Shown: positions 49,692-60,330 of the stretch, in pieces
Numbering within the stretch: position 1 is the stretch's first letter
How the letters are laid out: each line of letters starts with the position of its first letter
Source of the DNA: Methanolinea sp.
GTDB taxonomy: Archaea; Halobacteriota; Methanomicrobia; Methanomicrobiales; Methanospirillaceae
Length of the DNA stretch: 64,000 bases
Assembly: GCA_018263335.1 (NCBI GenBank)
Contig: JADFCY010000002.1
Location: 36,249 to 100,248, forward strand
Direction of reading: 5' to 3'
Made by a program: the position numbers and the translations under genes
Notes under the pieces: generated by a model
Told to the model about the DNA's origin: nothing
The model's database searches: none
What the model saw: the letters and a program-made list of their open reading frames with translations, nothing else

Positions 49692-50459
49692 CTATTTCAC
49701 TTCCCCTTCTTTACTCCCATCCTTCGTGGAAAACTGCTCAAGGCCACTCACCCTCTCAGGGTGCGTGTAGACGGTGAACCGGTCGCCGCGGGAGAAACAT
49801 ATGAGGGTAATTCCAGCTTTCCTTGCGGTCTCTATGCCCTGCTCTGTCGACGCCGCACGGGATATTACCACTGGAACCCCGGCATGCGCAGCCTTCGTCA
49901 CCATGTCGCGCGGCTGCCGGCCAGTGCAACCCAGGATGCACCTTGACCTGTCTATTCCCCCGAGGACGGCATATCCCACCACCTTGTCGACAGTGCTGTG
50001 CCGGCCAAGGTCGCTGGCCTTCACCAGAAGCTTCCTCTCGTGGAAGAGGACAGAACAGTGGACACCGCCGGTCCGCCGCCATGTCTCTGTCTCTATCTCG
50101 CCCGTGATACGGTACACGTCATCGGTGGTAAGGGAAAGAGACGATGTGACAGGAAGAAATGGCCTCCTCACCCCTATCGCGCCGGTAGAGATGATCTCCC
50201 GGAGCAGATCACCCGTGATGGGGGCATTGATGTGGATCTCTCCTCCCGTCACCGTCACACTGTCAACCCTGCCGGAGATTCCCTGGCACGTCACAAACCC
50301 CGCGCCGAGTTCCTCGAGCTGGTCGTTGCTTGCCACTATCCCTGTAAAATACGTCCCGTTCAGGTAAAGGGAGAAACGGCTCTCTCGGACCACAGTGTCA
50401 TGGATTGCCCGGGGTTGTCCATTCCTGACCTGGATGCCTTGCATGGTGACCGTGTTCAT
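49692..50459 (-). CDS. fdhD: formate dehydrogenase accessory sulfurtransferase
   Basis: TGGVH, DLGRHSTVDKVVG, TGR, YTHPER. Confidence 0.9.
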   Translation of the reverse strand: MNTVTMQGIQVRNGQPRAIHDTVVRESRFSLYLNGTYFTGIVASNDQLEELGAGFVTCQGISGRVDSVTVTGGEIHINAPITGDLLREIISTGAIGVRRPFLPVTSSLSLTTDDVYRITGEIETETWRRTGGVHCSVLFHERKLLVKASDLGRHSTVDKVVGYAVLGGIDRSRCILGCTGRQPRDMVTKAAHAGVPVVISRAASTEQGIETARKAGITLICFSRGDRFTVYTHPERVSGLEQFSTKDGSKEGEVK

Positions 50460-50785
50460 GAAAGGGTCTCCTCTTTCACCCAGGCAAGGTAGGGGGGATA
50501 ACCGGAGATGACGGGGAGCACTATCATCTCCGGGAGTTGATAGGAGTGCACGTCCCTGATAGCCGCCAGGGCCTCCCGGACTTTCTCATCCGTCGTCTTG
50601 ATCACAAGGAGGGCTTCAGGTTCTTCACAATACCTGCCCTCCCAGCGGTAACATGAACTGATCTCAGTGATGTTCACGCAGGCAGCGAGCCTCTTCTCCA
50701 CCAGGTGGCGGGCGATCCCGGGCCCTTCCTCTCGACTTGCAGTGACGAGGATGACCCGCACACAAGGCGCCTCCTCTCCATCCAT
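50456..50785 (-). CDS. cutA: divalent-cation tolerance protein CutA
   Basis: LVEKRLAACVN, YRWEG, HSYQLPE, YLAWV. Confidence 0.92.
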   Translation of the reverse strand: MDGEEAPCVRVILVTASREEGPGIARHLVEKRLAACVNITEISSCYRWEGRYCEEPEALLVIKTTDEKVREALAAIRDVHSYQLPEMIVLPVISGYPPYLAWVKEETLS

Positions 50786-50996
50786 TTGAAGAATCCTCCT
50801 TTTTTTTTGTCCCTGCACATCCCCCACAGCCGCGGAGAGGTGCGCATGCACTTAGTTTCCCTGGCGCGAAATATAAGTGCATTGTTCCAATACACCCAAT
50901 AAATGGCATTTTTACGGATCTGGCAGCATCGGTGGCTCTTTTGGATGGGGCCCCGGGGTGATCCTTAATGAATGAGCAGCCCCTATACTCCTCCAC

Positions 50997-52145
50997 ATGT
51001 ACGCGGAACGAATGGGGATGCTCCCCCCCTACCTGTTCGCCAGGATCGACGAGATGAAGGCAGCGAAGATCCGGGCCGGGGTCGATGTCATCGACCTGGG
51101 GGTGGGCGACCCGGATCTCCCCACCCCCTCCTTCGTGGTGGAGGAACTCTGCCGGGCGGCAAGAGATCCCGCCCACCACCATTACCCTTCCTACGCAGGG
51201 ATGCCTGATTACCGGGAGGCCGTTGCAGGGTGGTACCGCCGCCGTTTCGGCGTGGACCTTGACCCTGCCACAGAGGTGCTGGCGTTGATGGGCTCAAAGG
51301 ACGGGATTGCCCATGCACCCGAGGCGTTTGTGAATCCCGGGGACTATGTCCTTGTGCCGAGCCCTGGGTATCCCGTATACCGGACTTCCACACTCTTTGC
51401 CGAGGGACGTGTCTACGAGATGCCACTCCTCGCCGAGAACCACTTCATCCCTGCACTCGAAGATATCCCGAAGAAGGTTGCCGGCAGCGCGGCGCTGATG
51501 TTCCTCAACTACCCAAACAACCCCACATCCGCGGTTACCCTCCCGGGATTCTTCGAGAGCGCGGTTGAATTTGCCCGTGAACACGGGATCATCATCATCC
51601 ACGATAACGCCTATTCGGAGATCTCTTACGATGGCTACCGTGCCCCCTCGTTCCTCGAGACGGAAGGCGCACGCGAGGTTGCCATCGAGATGCACTCCCT
51701 CTCGAAGACCTACAACATGACAGGGTGGAGGATCGGCATGGCGGTCGGGAACAGAGAGATCCTGGCAGGGCTTGGAAGGGTGAAGACAAACGTGGACTCG
51801 GGTGTCTTTGATGCGGTCCAGAGGGCGGCGATTGCGGCCCTTTCAGGCCCGGACGACTGTGTCAGGGATGCCTGCCGCATTTACCAGGAGAGGCGCGATC
51901 TGCTGGTCGGCGGGCTTCGGGAACTTGGATTCGCCGTAGAGGCCCCCCGTGCAACCTTCTATGTCTGGATGGCTGTTGATGACTGCATGGCTTTTGCCAC
52001 CCGGATGCTCGATGAGGCCGGGATCGTGGTCACCCCGGGCATCGGTTTTGGGTCAGGAGGCGATGGTTATGTCCGGTTCGCCCTCACCCGCTCCACCGAA
52101 CGCATCAGGCAGGCCCTCGAACGGATGGAGGCGATGGGCCTGTGA
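50997..52145 (+). CDS. dapL: LL-diaminopimelate aminotransferase
   Basis: LPPYLF, LGVGDPD, GSKDG, NYPNNPT, SLSKTYNMTGWRIG; directly upstream of lysA. Confidence 0.88.
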   Translation: MYAERMGMLPPYLFARIDEMKAAKIRAGVDVIDLGVGDPDLPTPSFVVEELCRAARDPAHHHYPSYAGMPDYREAVAGWYRRRFGVDLDPATEVLALMGSKDGIAHAPEAFVNPGDYVLVPSPGYPVYRTSTLFAEGRVYEMPLLAENHFIPALEDIPKKVAGSAALMFLNYPNNPTSAVTLPGFFESAVEFAREHGIIIIHDNAYSEISYDGYRAPSFLETEGAREVAIEMHSLSKTYNMTGWRIGMAVGNREILAGLGRVKTNVDSGVFDAVQRAAIAALSGPDDCVRDACRIYQERRDLLVGGLRELGFAVEAPRATFYVWMAVDDCMAFATRMLDEAGIVVTPGIGFGSGGDGYVRFALTRSTERIRQALERMEAMGL

Positions 52146-53434
52146 TACTTCCCCCACACCTGGGAATCAGGGACGGCCTCCTCACTATCGGCGGTCTCGA
52201 CTGCGTCTCACTCGCTGACAGGTTCGGAACCCCTCTCTACGTGACGGATCAGGATCGCATCGTTGACTTGTTCCACGCATACAAGGCAGCACTCACCTCG
52301 CGCTATACCCGTGTCAAGGTGCTCTACGCCGCGAAGGCAAACGGGAACCTCGCAATCCTGACCGCGCTGAGCCGTGAGGGTGCAGGGGCCGATGTCTTCT
52401 CATCCGGCGAACTGAGCCTTGCACTCGCTGCCGGGATCTCCCCTGACCGGCTCCTCTTCAACGGGAGTTCAAAGAGCAGGGCTGACCTCGCGCTTGCCGT
52501 GGAGAAGGATGTCCCGGTCTCAGTGGACTCCCTCGATGAACTCTTCCAGCTGGACGAAGTTGCAGGAAGACTTGGGAAGACCGCGAGGATTGCGTTTCGC
52601 GTCAATCCAGCACTCGATGTTCCCACCCACCCGAAGATCGCCACGGGGCTTGCCACCAGCAAGTTTGGAATAGCCCACCACCTCATCCCTGGAGCCTACA
52701 GGGAAGCACTTGGGTGCACGCACATCCGGCCATGCGGCATCCACTGTCACATCGGCTCCCAGATACTTGACCTTGAACCGTTCCGGAAGGCCACAGAGGT
52801 GATGATGCGCATCGCCGCGGATCTTGTGGCGATGGGGATCGATCTCGAGTTCATCGACCTTGGCGGGGGGCTCGGCATTCCCTACCGGCACGGGACCGAG
52901 ACTGCACCCACCCCTGAAGAATACGCTGCAGTGGTGGTACCGGTGTTCACACAGGCAGTAGAGGCGCTCGGCATCACTCCAGAGCTCTGGATCGAACCCG
53001 GGCGATCACTGGTTGCAGACTCCACTGTGCTCCTCACACGGGTGAACTCGGTCAAAAAAGCTCACAAAAATTTCGTGAACGTGGACGCCGGCTTTAACCT
53101 CCTCGTTCGCCCGGCGATGTATGACTCTTACCACGAAGTCGTCGCAGCCCGTGGCGCAGACCGCGTCCCCGAAGAGACCTATACCATCACCGGGCCCATA
53201 TGCGAGTCAGGCGATATCCTCGCATCCGACCGGCGTCTCCCCGTGATCAGGGCGGGAGATCTCATCGCGGTACTTGACACGGGTGCATATGGGTTTGCCA
53301 TGTCATCCCAGTACAACAGCAGGCCCCGGTGCGCGGAGGTCATCATCCACCGTGGGACGCCGGCGCTGATGCGCCGCGCCGAGACAATCGAGGACATCAC
53401 TGGTACCATGCGGTCGCCCCCATGGCAGTCCTGA
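52142..53434 (+). CDS. lysA: diaminopimelate decarboxylase
   Basis: FGTPLYV, YAAKAN, HCHIGSQI, EPGR, GPICESGD, YNSRPR. Confidence 0.95.
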   Translation: MILPPHLGIRDGLLTIGGLDCVSLADRFGTPLYVTDQDRIVDLFHAYKAALTSRYTRVKVLYAAKANGNLAILTALSREGAGADVFSSGELSLALAAGISPDRLLFNGSSKSRADLALAVEKDVPVSVDSLDELFQLDEVAGRLGKTARIAFRVNPALDVPTHPKIATGLATSKFGIAHHLIPGAYREALGCTHIRPCGIHCHIGSQILDLEPFRKATEVMMRIAADLVAMGIDLEFIDLGGGLGIPYRHGTETAPTPEEYAAVVVPVFTQAVEALGITPELWIEPGRSLVADSTVLLTRVNSVKKAHKNFVNVDAGFNLLVRPAMYDSYHEVVAARGADRVPEETYTITGPICESGDILASDRRLPVIRAGDLIAVLDTGAYGFAMSSQYNSRPRCAEVIIHRGTPALMRRAETIEDITGTMRSPPWQS

Positions 53435-53449
53435 AGGAGAGGACGCCGG

Positions 53450-54787
53450 GTGCAGTTCCACTACGCCCTTGTCGATGACCTCTTCTCGAGGGAAGAGTTC
53501 GAGCGGCGGGTGGAGGAGAAGATGGAGTCCTGCGGGGACCTTGTCGACGAAGTGACGGCAGCAATGATGGTGGTGCAGGACTGCGGGCGCCACCATGTGA
53601 AGATCAAGGACCTCTCGGGCCGCTCAAGCCTCTTCTCTTTTTTTGGCAAAGTCGTCGCCAAGAACCCCCCCCGCGAATTTGAGCGCCCCGGGGGGGAGAA
53701 GGGCCTTGTCACGAGCCTTATCCTCGGCGACGAGACCGGTCAGGTGAGGGCAATTCTCTGGGACGAGAAGGCCATGGCAGCGCAGGAGATCGAAGTCGGA
53801 GAGGTTCTCGAGGTGATAGGGCGCCATCCCAACCGGACCCCGACGGAGATCACTGTCATGGCCATGCGTCAGGCAATGGTGGAGATTGTCGGACCCACCC
53901 AGGTCGAACCGTCCCTTGCGCCCCCAAAGAGGAGGGATTTGACGGTTAAGGTGATGGCGATCGGAGAGCCCCGGATGGTGCCCAGGCGGGACGGGACAGA
54001 GACCGAGGTGCAGGCCCTCATCGTGGGGAACAACGAAGGTCTCTTCCGAATGTCGTGCTGGGTGCCGGATCTCATCGAGGGAATCAGCGAGGGAGCATCC
54101 CTGCACATTCAGGGAGCGCTCGAGAAGGTGCGAAAATATGGCAGAGAGTTCAGTATCGATGAACGCAGCACCATCGGGGAAGCACCAGTGGATATCCCCG
54201 TGGAGATCCATTCGATCCAGGAGGTGGAGGAGGGCGGTTCATTCTCTGTCTGCGGTTCCGTGCTATCCTGCAAACCGGCCCGGACGTTTTCGACGAAGGA
54301 AGGCAGGGTCTCCTGCGTCCGCAACCTCTTCCTGACAGATGGAACGCACCAGATCGGGGTCGTCCTCTGGGGAGAGGACCATGCCCGGGCCGAGATCATG
54401 CCAGGAGACAGGGTGTCCCTTTATCTCTGTTCTGCCCGGAAGGGGAGATCTGGCAACCTTGAACTGCATGCGGGGAGAGGCAGCATGGTAAAGGTGCACC
54501 AGCTGGACGAGGCAGTGGAAGAAGAGATCACCGGAACCGTGATTGCCACGTCGGACGGCACCTTTTTGGACACAGGAGAGGATCAGTTCCTGGTACGCGG
54601 CAACCTTCCCCACGGACACGAGGTCAGGGCCAGGGTGACACGGCGGGGAAAGCGGATCTCCATCCACTCGTTCGAAGAGACCCTTCCTGACATGGCGGAA
54701 CTGAATGCAAGGATAGACGCGTTCCTTGAGATGACTGGCAGCGGGAATACTTTCACCCCGCACGGCCGCCAAGATATAAGCAAGTGA
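53450..54787 (+). CDS. multi-OB-fold single-stranded DNA-binding protein (RPA-like)
   Basis: Repeated OB motifs LGDETG..LWD and LTDGT..VVLWG; adjacent to radA. Confidence 0.85.
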   Translation: MQFHYALVDDLFSREEFERRVEEKMESCGDLVDEVTAAMMVVQDCGRHHVKIKDLSGRSSLFSFFGKVVAKNPPREFERPGGEKGLVTSLILGDETGQVRAILWDEKAMAAQEIEVGEVLEVIGRHPNRTPTEITVMAMRQAMVEIVGPTQVEPSLAPPKRRDLTVKVMAIGEPRMVPRRDGTETEVQALIVGNNEGLFRMSCWVPDLIEGISEGASLHIQGALEKVRKYGREFSIDERSTIGEAPVDIPVEIHSIQEVEEGGSFSVCGSVLSCKPARTFSTKEGRVSCVRNLFLTDGTHQIGVVLWGEDHARAEIMPGDRVSLYLCSARKGRSGNLELHAGRGSMVKVHQLDEAVEEEITGTVIATSDGTFLDTGEDQFLVRGNLPHGHEVRARVTRRGKRISIHSFEETLPDMAELNARIDAFLEMTGSGNTFTPHGRQDISK

Positions 54788-54820
54788 GTGTACTCTCTCT
54801 CCACGACAGGTGAACAACAG

Positions 54821-55792
54821 ATGAGTAACGGACCCATTGAACTTGAAGACCTGCCCGGCGTGGGACCCACCACGGCCGAGAAGCTCCGCGAGGCGGGGTT
54901 CCTGAGCGTGGAGAGCATTGCAACCGCTTCGTCCCAGGAACTGGCAGAGACTGCCGAGATTGCCGAGTCAACGGCGAAGAAGATGATCAAGGCCGCCCGG
55001 GAGATGGTGGATCTCGCAGGGTTCCGCACGGGCAAGGATGTCTTTGAGCAGAGAAAGGAGGTGCGGAAGTTGAGGACCCTCGTGCCCGAGCTCGATGCCC
55101 TCCTTGGCGGGGGACTCGAGACCCAGGCCATCACCGAGCTCTATGGCGAGTTCGGGTCTGGGAAGAGCCAGGTTGCCCACCAGGCCGCCGTCAACGTGCA
55201 GCTCCCCGAGGAGGAAGGCGGGCTCAATGGATCCGCCATCTTCATCGACACCGAGAACACCTTCCGCCCCGAACGTATCGAGCAGATGGTGATCGGCCTC
55301 GGGATCGACGCAGACCCACAGGAATTCCTGGAGCACATCCACGTGGCGAGGGCGCTCACCTCTGATCACCAGATGCTGATGGTCGAGAGCGCGAAGGAGA
55401 AGGCCCAGGAGCTGAAGAACTCTGACCGGCCGTTGCGCCTGATCATCGTGGACTCCCTGACTGCGCACTTCAGGGCCGAGTACGCAGGCCGCGGCACCCT
55501 TGCCGCCCGCCAGCAGAAACTGAACCGGCACCTGCACGACATCTTCAGGCTGGTCGATGAACACAACGCCGTGGGGCTGGTCACCAACCAGGTCCTCTCA
55601 AACCCCGCCGTCTTCTTCGGAGACCCTACCAAGCCCATCGGAGGCAATATCGTGGGCCACACCGCGACTTTCCGCATCTACCTGCGGAAGAGCAAGGGAG
55701 GGAAACGCATCGCCCGCCTTGTCGACAGCCCCAACCTCCCCGAGGGAGAGGCCGCATTCATGGTGGAAGAGGCCGGGCTCAAGCCCGTATAA
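54821..55792 (+). CDS. radA: DNA repair and recombination protein RadA
   Basis: [37 protein letters not shown]; no intein. Confidence 0.97.
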   Translation: MSNGPIELEDLPGVGPTTAEKLREAGFLSVESIATASSQELAETAEIAESTAKKMIKAAREMVDLAGFRTGKDVFEQRKEVRKLRTLVPELDALLGGGLETQAITELYGEFGSGKSQVAHQAAVNVQLPEEEGGLNGSAIFIDTENTFRPERIEQMVIGLGIDADPQEFLEHIHVARALTSDHQMLMVESAKEKAQELKNSDRPLRLIIVDSLTAHFRAEYAGRGTLAARQQKLNRHLHDIFRLVDEHNAVGLVTNQVLSNPAVFFGDPTKPIGGNIVGHTATFRIYLRKSKGGKRIARLVDSPNLPEGEAAFMVEEAGLKPV

Positions 55793-56114
55793 TTCTCTTT
55801 CCACACTCTTTTTCCCTTGACCAATTCCTTCACCGGCCATAATGTGAGAACCAGTCTTTTCCTGTCCTGAAAATACGTCACTCATTCCACCATTCCGAAT
55901 ACTGCACTAAAAACCCCGGATGCGTTCCGCACCCCATTCAAAGCAATATGGCCGGGTCAGGGATGCAGGAACAGGTTCATCCCGCACCGGCTCACCCTCT
56001 CCACGGGCTATTCTGTACTGGGAGAGAGGATGCGAAGGGGATGATCAGCCCTCTTATTCTCAAATCCAAAGGCATAAGGATCCCTGGACGAGATTCCATA
56101 TCCGGAACAGCAGG

Positions 56115-56828
56115 ATGGACGAAACTTTTCGCCTCAAAGGTCTTATCACCGACATCGACGGCACCATCACTGACCCGAGACGGCGGATTGATACTGGCGC
56201 CATCGATCTCATTCGCGAGCTGATGGATGAGGGGATCCTCGTCGTTCTTGCGAGCGGAAACACCTCCTGTTTCATGGACGCTGTCTCAAAGATGATCGGC
56301 ACACCCGGGACTTATATCGGCGAGAACGGCGGGATTATCAGGAACGGCTACGCCCATGACATAGTCCTTCTCGGAGATGGTGCCGCGCCAAGGAACGCCC
56401 TCCAGACTCTTGTAGAGGCTTACCGGGCCCGGGGTATCGAGATCGAGCACTACAGCCTCCCTTACCGTTTCGTTGACGTGGCTTTCGCCCGGACAGTGCC
56501 CCCGGATGAAGTGCGGGAGATTGTGCGGAATCATCCCGTCGAGGTTCTTGATACCGGGTTTGCCATCCATATCCACCCACCCGGAGTCAACAAGGGGATT
56601 GCGTTTTCGCGGCTCGCAGGACTGATGGGCCTCGAAACCAGAGATTTCCTGGCAGTGGGGGATGCGGAGAACGACATCGAACTTCTTCGAAGGGCAGGTG
56701 TGGGGGTGGCGGTCGCGAATGCACACCCGAAGCTGGCCCGGACTGCTGACTTGATCACAACGGGGGGATATGGCGAGGGATTCGTGGAAGGCGTGAAAAA
56801 ATATTTGTCTTATTTCCTGGAGAGGTAG
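56115..56828 (+). CDS. phosphoglycolate phosphatase (HAD, SPP-like)
   Basis: DIDGT, ASGN, ENGG, VNKG, GDAEND. Confidence 0.88.
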   Translation: MDETFRLKGLITDIDGTITDPRRRIDTGAIDLIRELMDEGILVVLASGNTSCFMDAVSKMIGTPGTYIGENGGIIRNGYAHDIVLLGDGAAPRNALQTLVEAYRARGIEIEHYSLPYRFVDVAFARTVPPDEVREIVRNHPVEVLDTGFAIHIHPPGVNKGIAFSRLAGLMGLETRDFLAVGDAENDIELLRRAGVGVAVANAHPKLARTADLITTGGYGEGFVEGVKKYLSYFLER

Positions 56829-57061
56829 CGATCGACCACGATATAATCCTTGATATCCTTTACTGCCTCGAATGGGATGTACAGCCGGTCCCCCTCGGTC
56901 CGGTATCCGGATGTGTCAAAAGAGGGATCAGGATAGATGACAAGGTCCACCACCTGGCCGGTCTCAAAATCAACCACCAGGTTCTTCAAGGTTCCAATTA
57001 CCTTCCCCTCGTTCGTGACGATCTTCTTCTTTGAGAGACTTCGGGCCAGGACTCGTGACAT
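56810..57061 (-). CDS. stand-alone PRC-barrel protein (CdpB-like)
   Basis: K.IVTNEG..IG, D..TG, IPFEAVKDIKDYIVV. Confidence 0.85.
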   Translation of the reverse strand: MSRVLARSLSKKKIVTNEGKVIGTLKNLVVDFETGQVVDLVIYPDPSFDTSGYRTEGDRLYIPFEAVKDIKDYIVVDRYLSRK

Positions 57062-57192
57062 GAAAAATGGTGTAACCCTATTCATATATAAATATGTTTA
57101 AAATCGCCGGATTGGTCCCTATTTTGATGCCAGTTATGTACACCAGTGGAATTTGTTCCCATCACATTGTTCGGATGACCTGCAACCGCACT

Positions 57193-58071
57193 CTAGAGAG
57201 ACGGGAATACCTTGATAATGTCCGACTGCGTGAGGATTCCGGCCGGACGCCCCTCCTCCATCACGATGAGCCGCCCGATATCCCGCTCCTTGAAGCTCCT
57301 GATCACCTCGAAGAGCTGGACCGAAGACGGGGCGATGACCACATCGGAGGTCATGATGGCAGAGACGGGGGAGTCCATGGAAAGGTTCCTCTCGATTGCA
57401 TTTGCCACGTCGCTCATCGTGACAATCCCAAGCAGCCTGTCCCCTTCGATGACCGGCGCACCCCTGATATGGTGAGAATTGAAGAGATGGAGTGCGTTTT
57501 TCAGTGTGTCAGTTCTCTGCAGCGAGATGAGAGGGGTGCTCATGTAGTATCGAATCGGTTTTTTTGGAAGTGAGATCATCTCGAAGATGGAGATGAGCAG
57601 AGTCTGGGATACCTCATCCCTCCCGTACACCTCGCCGCGGATCAGCAGCTTGTTCACCGGCGTCGGGCCGATGGTGATCTGGTCCCCGATCTCAAACACC
57701 TTCACCGAGCCTATCAGCTTCGCATTCGCCTGGCAGATGTCAGGGTGGCAGAGGGTGGTGAACGCGATCTCCACAACCTTTACGCCCTGGACCACCTCAC
57801 CGTTCCTGGCAATCCTGACATCGTATTCTTTCCCTGATATGTCCAGGTTCAGCGCCCGGTATGCCTGGGCCGTTGGATTGTATCCCCCCTTCGGCCCGGG
57901 TATCCCGTCCACGAGTCCTATGGCTTTTAACGCCTGCATCTGGTTCCGGACCGTTCCAGGGTTCCTCTTTATCACCTCCGCAATCTCTTCCCCCTTTATC
58001 GGATGAGAATGCTGGTGATACAGCGTAATAAGCGTGATAAGGATGTCTTTCTGGATTAGGGACAAATCCAT
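57193..58071 (-). CDS. winged-helix plus CBS-pair predicted transcriptional regulator
   Basis: KGEEIAE..RNPGTVRNQMQALK..GPKGGY; two CBS repeats. Confidence 0.88.
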   Translation of the reverse strand: MDLSLIQKDILITLITLYHQHSHPIKGEEIAEVIKRNPGTVRNQMQALKAIGLVDGIPGPKGGYNPTAQAYRALNLDISGKEYDVRIARNGEVVQGVKVVEIAFTTLCHPDICQANAKLIGSVKVFEIGDQITIGPTPVNKLLIRGEVYGRDEVSQTLLISIFEMISLPKKPIRYYMSTPLISLQRTDTLKNALHLFNSHHIRGAPVIEGDRLLGIVTMSDVANAIERNLSMDSPVSAIMTSDVVIAPSSVQLFEVIRSFKERDIGRLIVMEEGRPAGILTQSDIIKVFPSL

Positions 58072-58118
58072 AATGGTTTATCATCTGCATGGGCATATAT
58101 AAGTTAGGTTGAACCAGA

Positions 58119-59075
58119 GTGGAATTTGAGACCATTCCCACGGTGCCCACCGCCGACGAGATCCTTGATCGCAGTTTCCGCCGGGCTGCATCGAAGATGA
58201 AACTCAAGAGGAACAAGGACAGGGCGAACGAGGAGTTTGTCCGGGCGGTGAGCCAGGCAATCCATGACAGGCTGGTGAGGATCATCCAATCCTTCCCCGA
58301 TTTTGATGCCGTTCCCACATTCTACAGGGACATCGTTGATATTATGTGGGGCCTGGACCGGGTCAGGAAGGCCCTCGGGGGAGTGGGATGGGCCGCCCGG
58401 TGGGCACGCACCCACGGCCCGGGGCTTGCCTACCAGACAAGGAAGTCTGAAAACCCTTCCCAGATACGAAAGAGAGCGGTGGCAAGGCTCTCCTCTGTCG
58501 TGCACCAGGTGGGAGACGACCTGCTCTTTTTAAACGAAGTCAGGAATGTCATCCGCAAACTCCCCCATGTGAGCGATGAGTTCACCGTGGTCGTGGCAGG
58601 ATACCCGAACGTCGGCAAATCCTCGTTTATAAGGCTGGTGTCAACGGCGACCCCCGAGGTTGCCGCCTACCCTTTCACCACCAAAGGTATCATTGTCGGT
58701 CACCGGGCAGTCGGCAAGGAGAGGATGCAGTTCATCGACACTCCCGGCGTACTTGACCGGCCGACTGAAGAACGGAGCGGGATAGAGCGCCAGGCCCTGA
58801 CGGCAATGGTGAACCTCGCGTCGGTGATCCTTGTCATCATCGATGCAAGCGAGCACTGCGGGTATCCCCTCGAGGACCAGTTCAGGCTTCTCCATGAGAT
58901 CGAGGCGATGGTCCCCGTGCCCGTCCAGGCAGTGGTGAACAAGTCGGATATCGCCTACTTTGACGGCTACATCAACATGTCCACGGAGACGGGCGAAGGC
59001 GTGGGCGAGGTGCTGGAGACGCTGCTTGCCTACCGTAAGAGATCAGAGGAGGAGGGTCAGGCCAAACCCTGCTAA
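58119..59075 (+). CDS. NOG1-family GTPase
   Basis: GYPNVGKSS, YPFTTK, DTPG, NKSD. Confidence 0.92.
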   Translation: MEFETIPTVPTADEILDRSFRRAASKMKLKRNKDRANEEFVRAVSQAIHDRLVRIIQSFPDFDAVPTFYRDIVDIMWGLDRVRKALGGVGWAARWARTHGPGLAYQTRKSENPSQIRKRAVARLSSVVHQVGDDLLFLNEVRNVIRKLPHVSDEFTVVVAGYPNVGKSSFIRLVSTATPEVAAYPFTTKGIIVGHRAVGKERMQFIDTPGVLDRPTEERSGIERQALTAMVNLASVILVIIDASEHCGYPLEDQFRLLHEIEAMVPVPVQAVVNKSDIAYFDGYINMSTETGEGVGEVLETLLAYRKRSEEEGQAKPC

Positions 59076-59930
59076 GAAGCCCAGTATTGCTCCGCCGTTG
59101 ATTGGGGGAAGGCCTGCCTGGGGCTTCCCCCGGTTCACAAAGACAAGCAGCAGGGAGAGTCCTGCCACAGAGCCTGCCATCGCACCAAGCGCCGGGATTG
59201 CAAGGGGGCCAATCCTCATCCCTCCAAAAAAGACGTTTGCCGAGACGACGAGAATAGCCGGCATGATCATGTCGCCCATCCCGATAATGAACGCCCCGCG
59301 CTCACCCCCTTCAAGCGGCCCTACTCCCTCCTTCCGGTAACTGTACCCTCTCCTCTTCGGGACCACAAAGAGGATGGGGCTTTTCGTCTCCACCACCCCT
59401 TCTGCAAGCGCGATCATGTGCTTTGTCTTGTAGACTGAGATGGCGTCGTATACTGCGAGAATGATCAGCAGGATGATCACCGGCAGGACCTCAAGTGATA
59501 TCCCAAAGATTGAGGCAGCTCCTGCGGCGATCAGGAGGCCAAGAGTGTCGATGACGTACCACTCCGGGTAGAGGTAGAGGAGGAGCGTGGCAAGTACTGC
59601 AGGCACAAAACTGCCTGCAATTCCTGCGACGGGGTCGGTGGTCAGAGCATAGGATATCGACCCGAAAATATAGACGAAGGTGAAGAAAATTGAGACGGCA
59701 ATGATAATTGAGATGACGCGGCGCAATTTGAACCTGATCAGCAGGAGGAGGAATGCGGTAAACACGAGGAGTATCGCGATGAATATGAGGGGATTTGCAA
59801 CAGATGACGGGTCCTCGAACGCCGCAAGGCCTGCCTCCTGCATGGGGAGGGAGAGCAATATTGCCCCGATCTCCACGATGACAAGCATTGCAGGCATTGC
59901 AAGCAGGGGAATATGGCGGAAGAGATTCAT
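59043..59930 (-). CDS. presenilin-family intramembrane aspartyl protease (PSH)
   Basis: YD (AVYDA), GxGD (GMGD), QAGLP; many TM helices. Confidence 0.92.
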   Translation of the reverse strand: MNLFRHIPLLAMPAMLVIVEIGAILLSLPMQEAGLAAFEDPSSVANPLIFIAILLVFTAFLLLLIRFKLRRVISIIIAVSIFFTFVYIFGSISYALTTDPVAGIAGSFVPAVLATLLLYLYPEWYVIDTLGLLIAAGAASIFGISLEVLPVIILLIILAVYDAISVYKTKHMIALAEGVVETKSPILFVVPKRRGYSYRKEGVGPLEGGERGAFIIGMGDMIMPAILVVSANVFFGGMRIGPLAIPALGAMAGSVAGLSLLLVFVNRGKPQAGLPPINGGAILGFLAGFGLTLLL

Positions 59931-59987
59931 CCAGTGATCACCATAAACGGGGGTAGTTTTATGCATTGGTGTTCATCATGTAAAATC

Positions 59988-60302
59988 ATGGATATTCGTG
60001 AATTCCTGGGGGATCTTCTCCTTCTTCTCATCCTGGTGATCTCCACCCTGGTCCTGGTATTTAATCTGAACTTTGACCTTATCAAATCGTTTGCCGCTGC
60101 CCTCATGATGCTCTCACTCGGAGGGCTCATCTTCCTCGTACACTGGAAAGTGAGGCTGATCGAAAAGAGCCTCGCAAAAAGGGAGCGGATGATCAGGATG
60201 AACATGGAGGAGATCGCTTCCAAGATGGCACAGAAATACGACACCCACATCTCGCATATCGACAGCGTGGTGGAAGAGTTTGCAAAAAGGGTCTACCGTT
60301 GA
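59988..60302 (+). CDS. hypothetical protein with two TM helices and a coiled-coil tail
   Basis: Hydrophobic N-terminal half, charged helical C-terminal half; lies 28 nt before fen1. Confidence 0.7.
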   Translation: MDIREFLGDLLLLLILVISTLVLVFNLNFDLIKSFAAALMMLSLGGLIFLVHWKVRLIEKSLAKRERMIRMNMEEIASKMAQKYDTHISHIDSVVEEFAKRVYR

Positions 60303-60330
60303 CCTCTGATCCCACACGGAGTGCCTCTTC

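Noticed and set aside
54821..55792. Intein in RadA
   Set aside because: Length is normal (323 aa) and the Walker A region is uninterrupted
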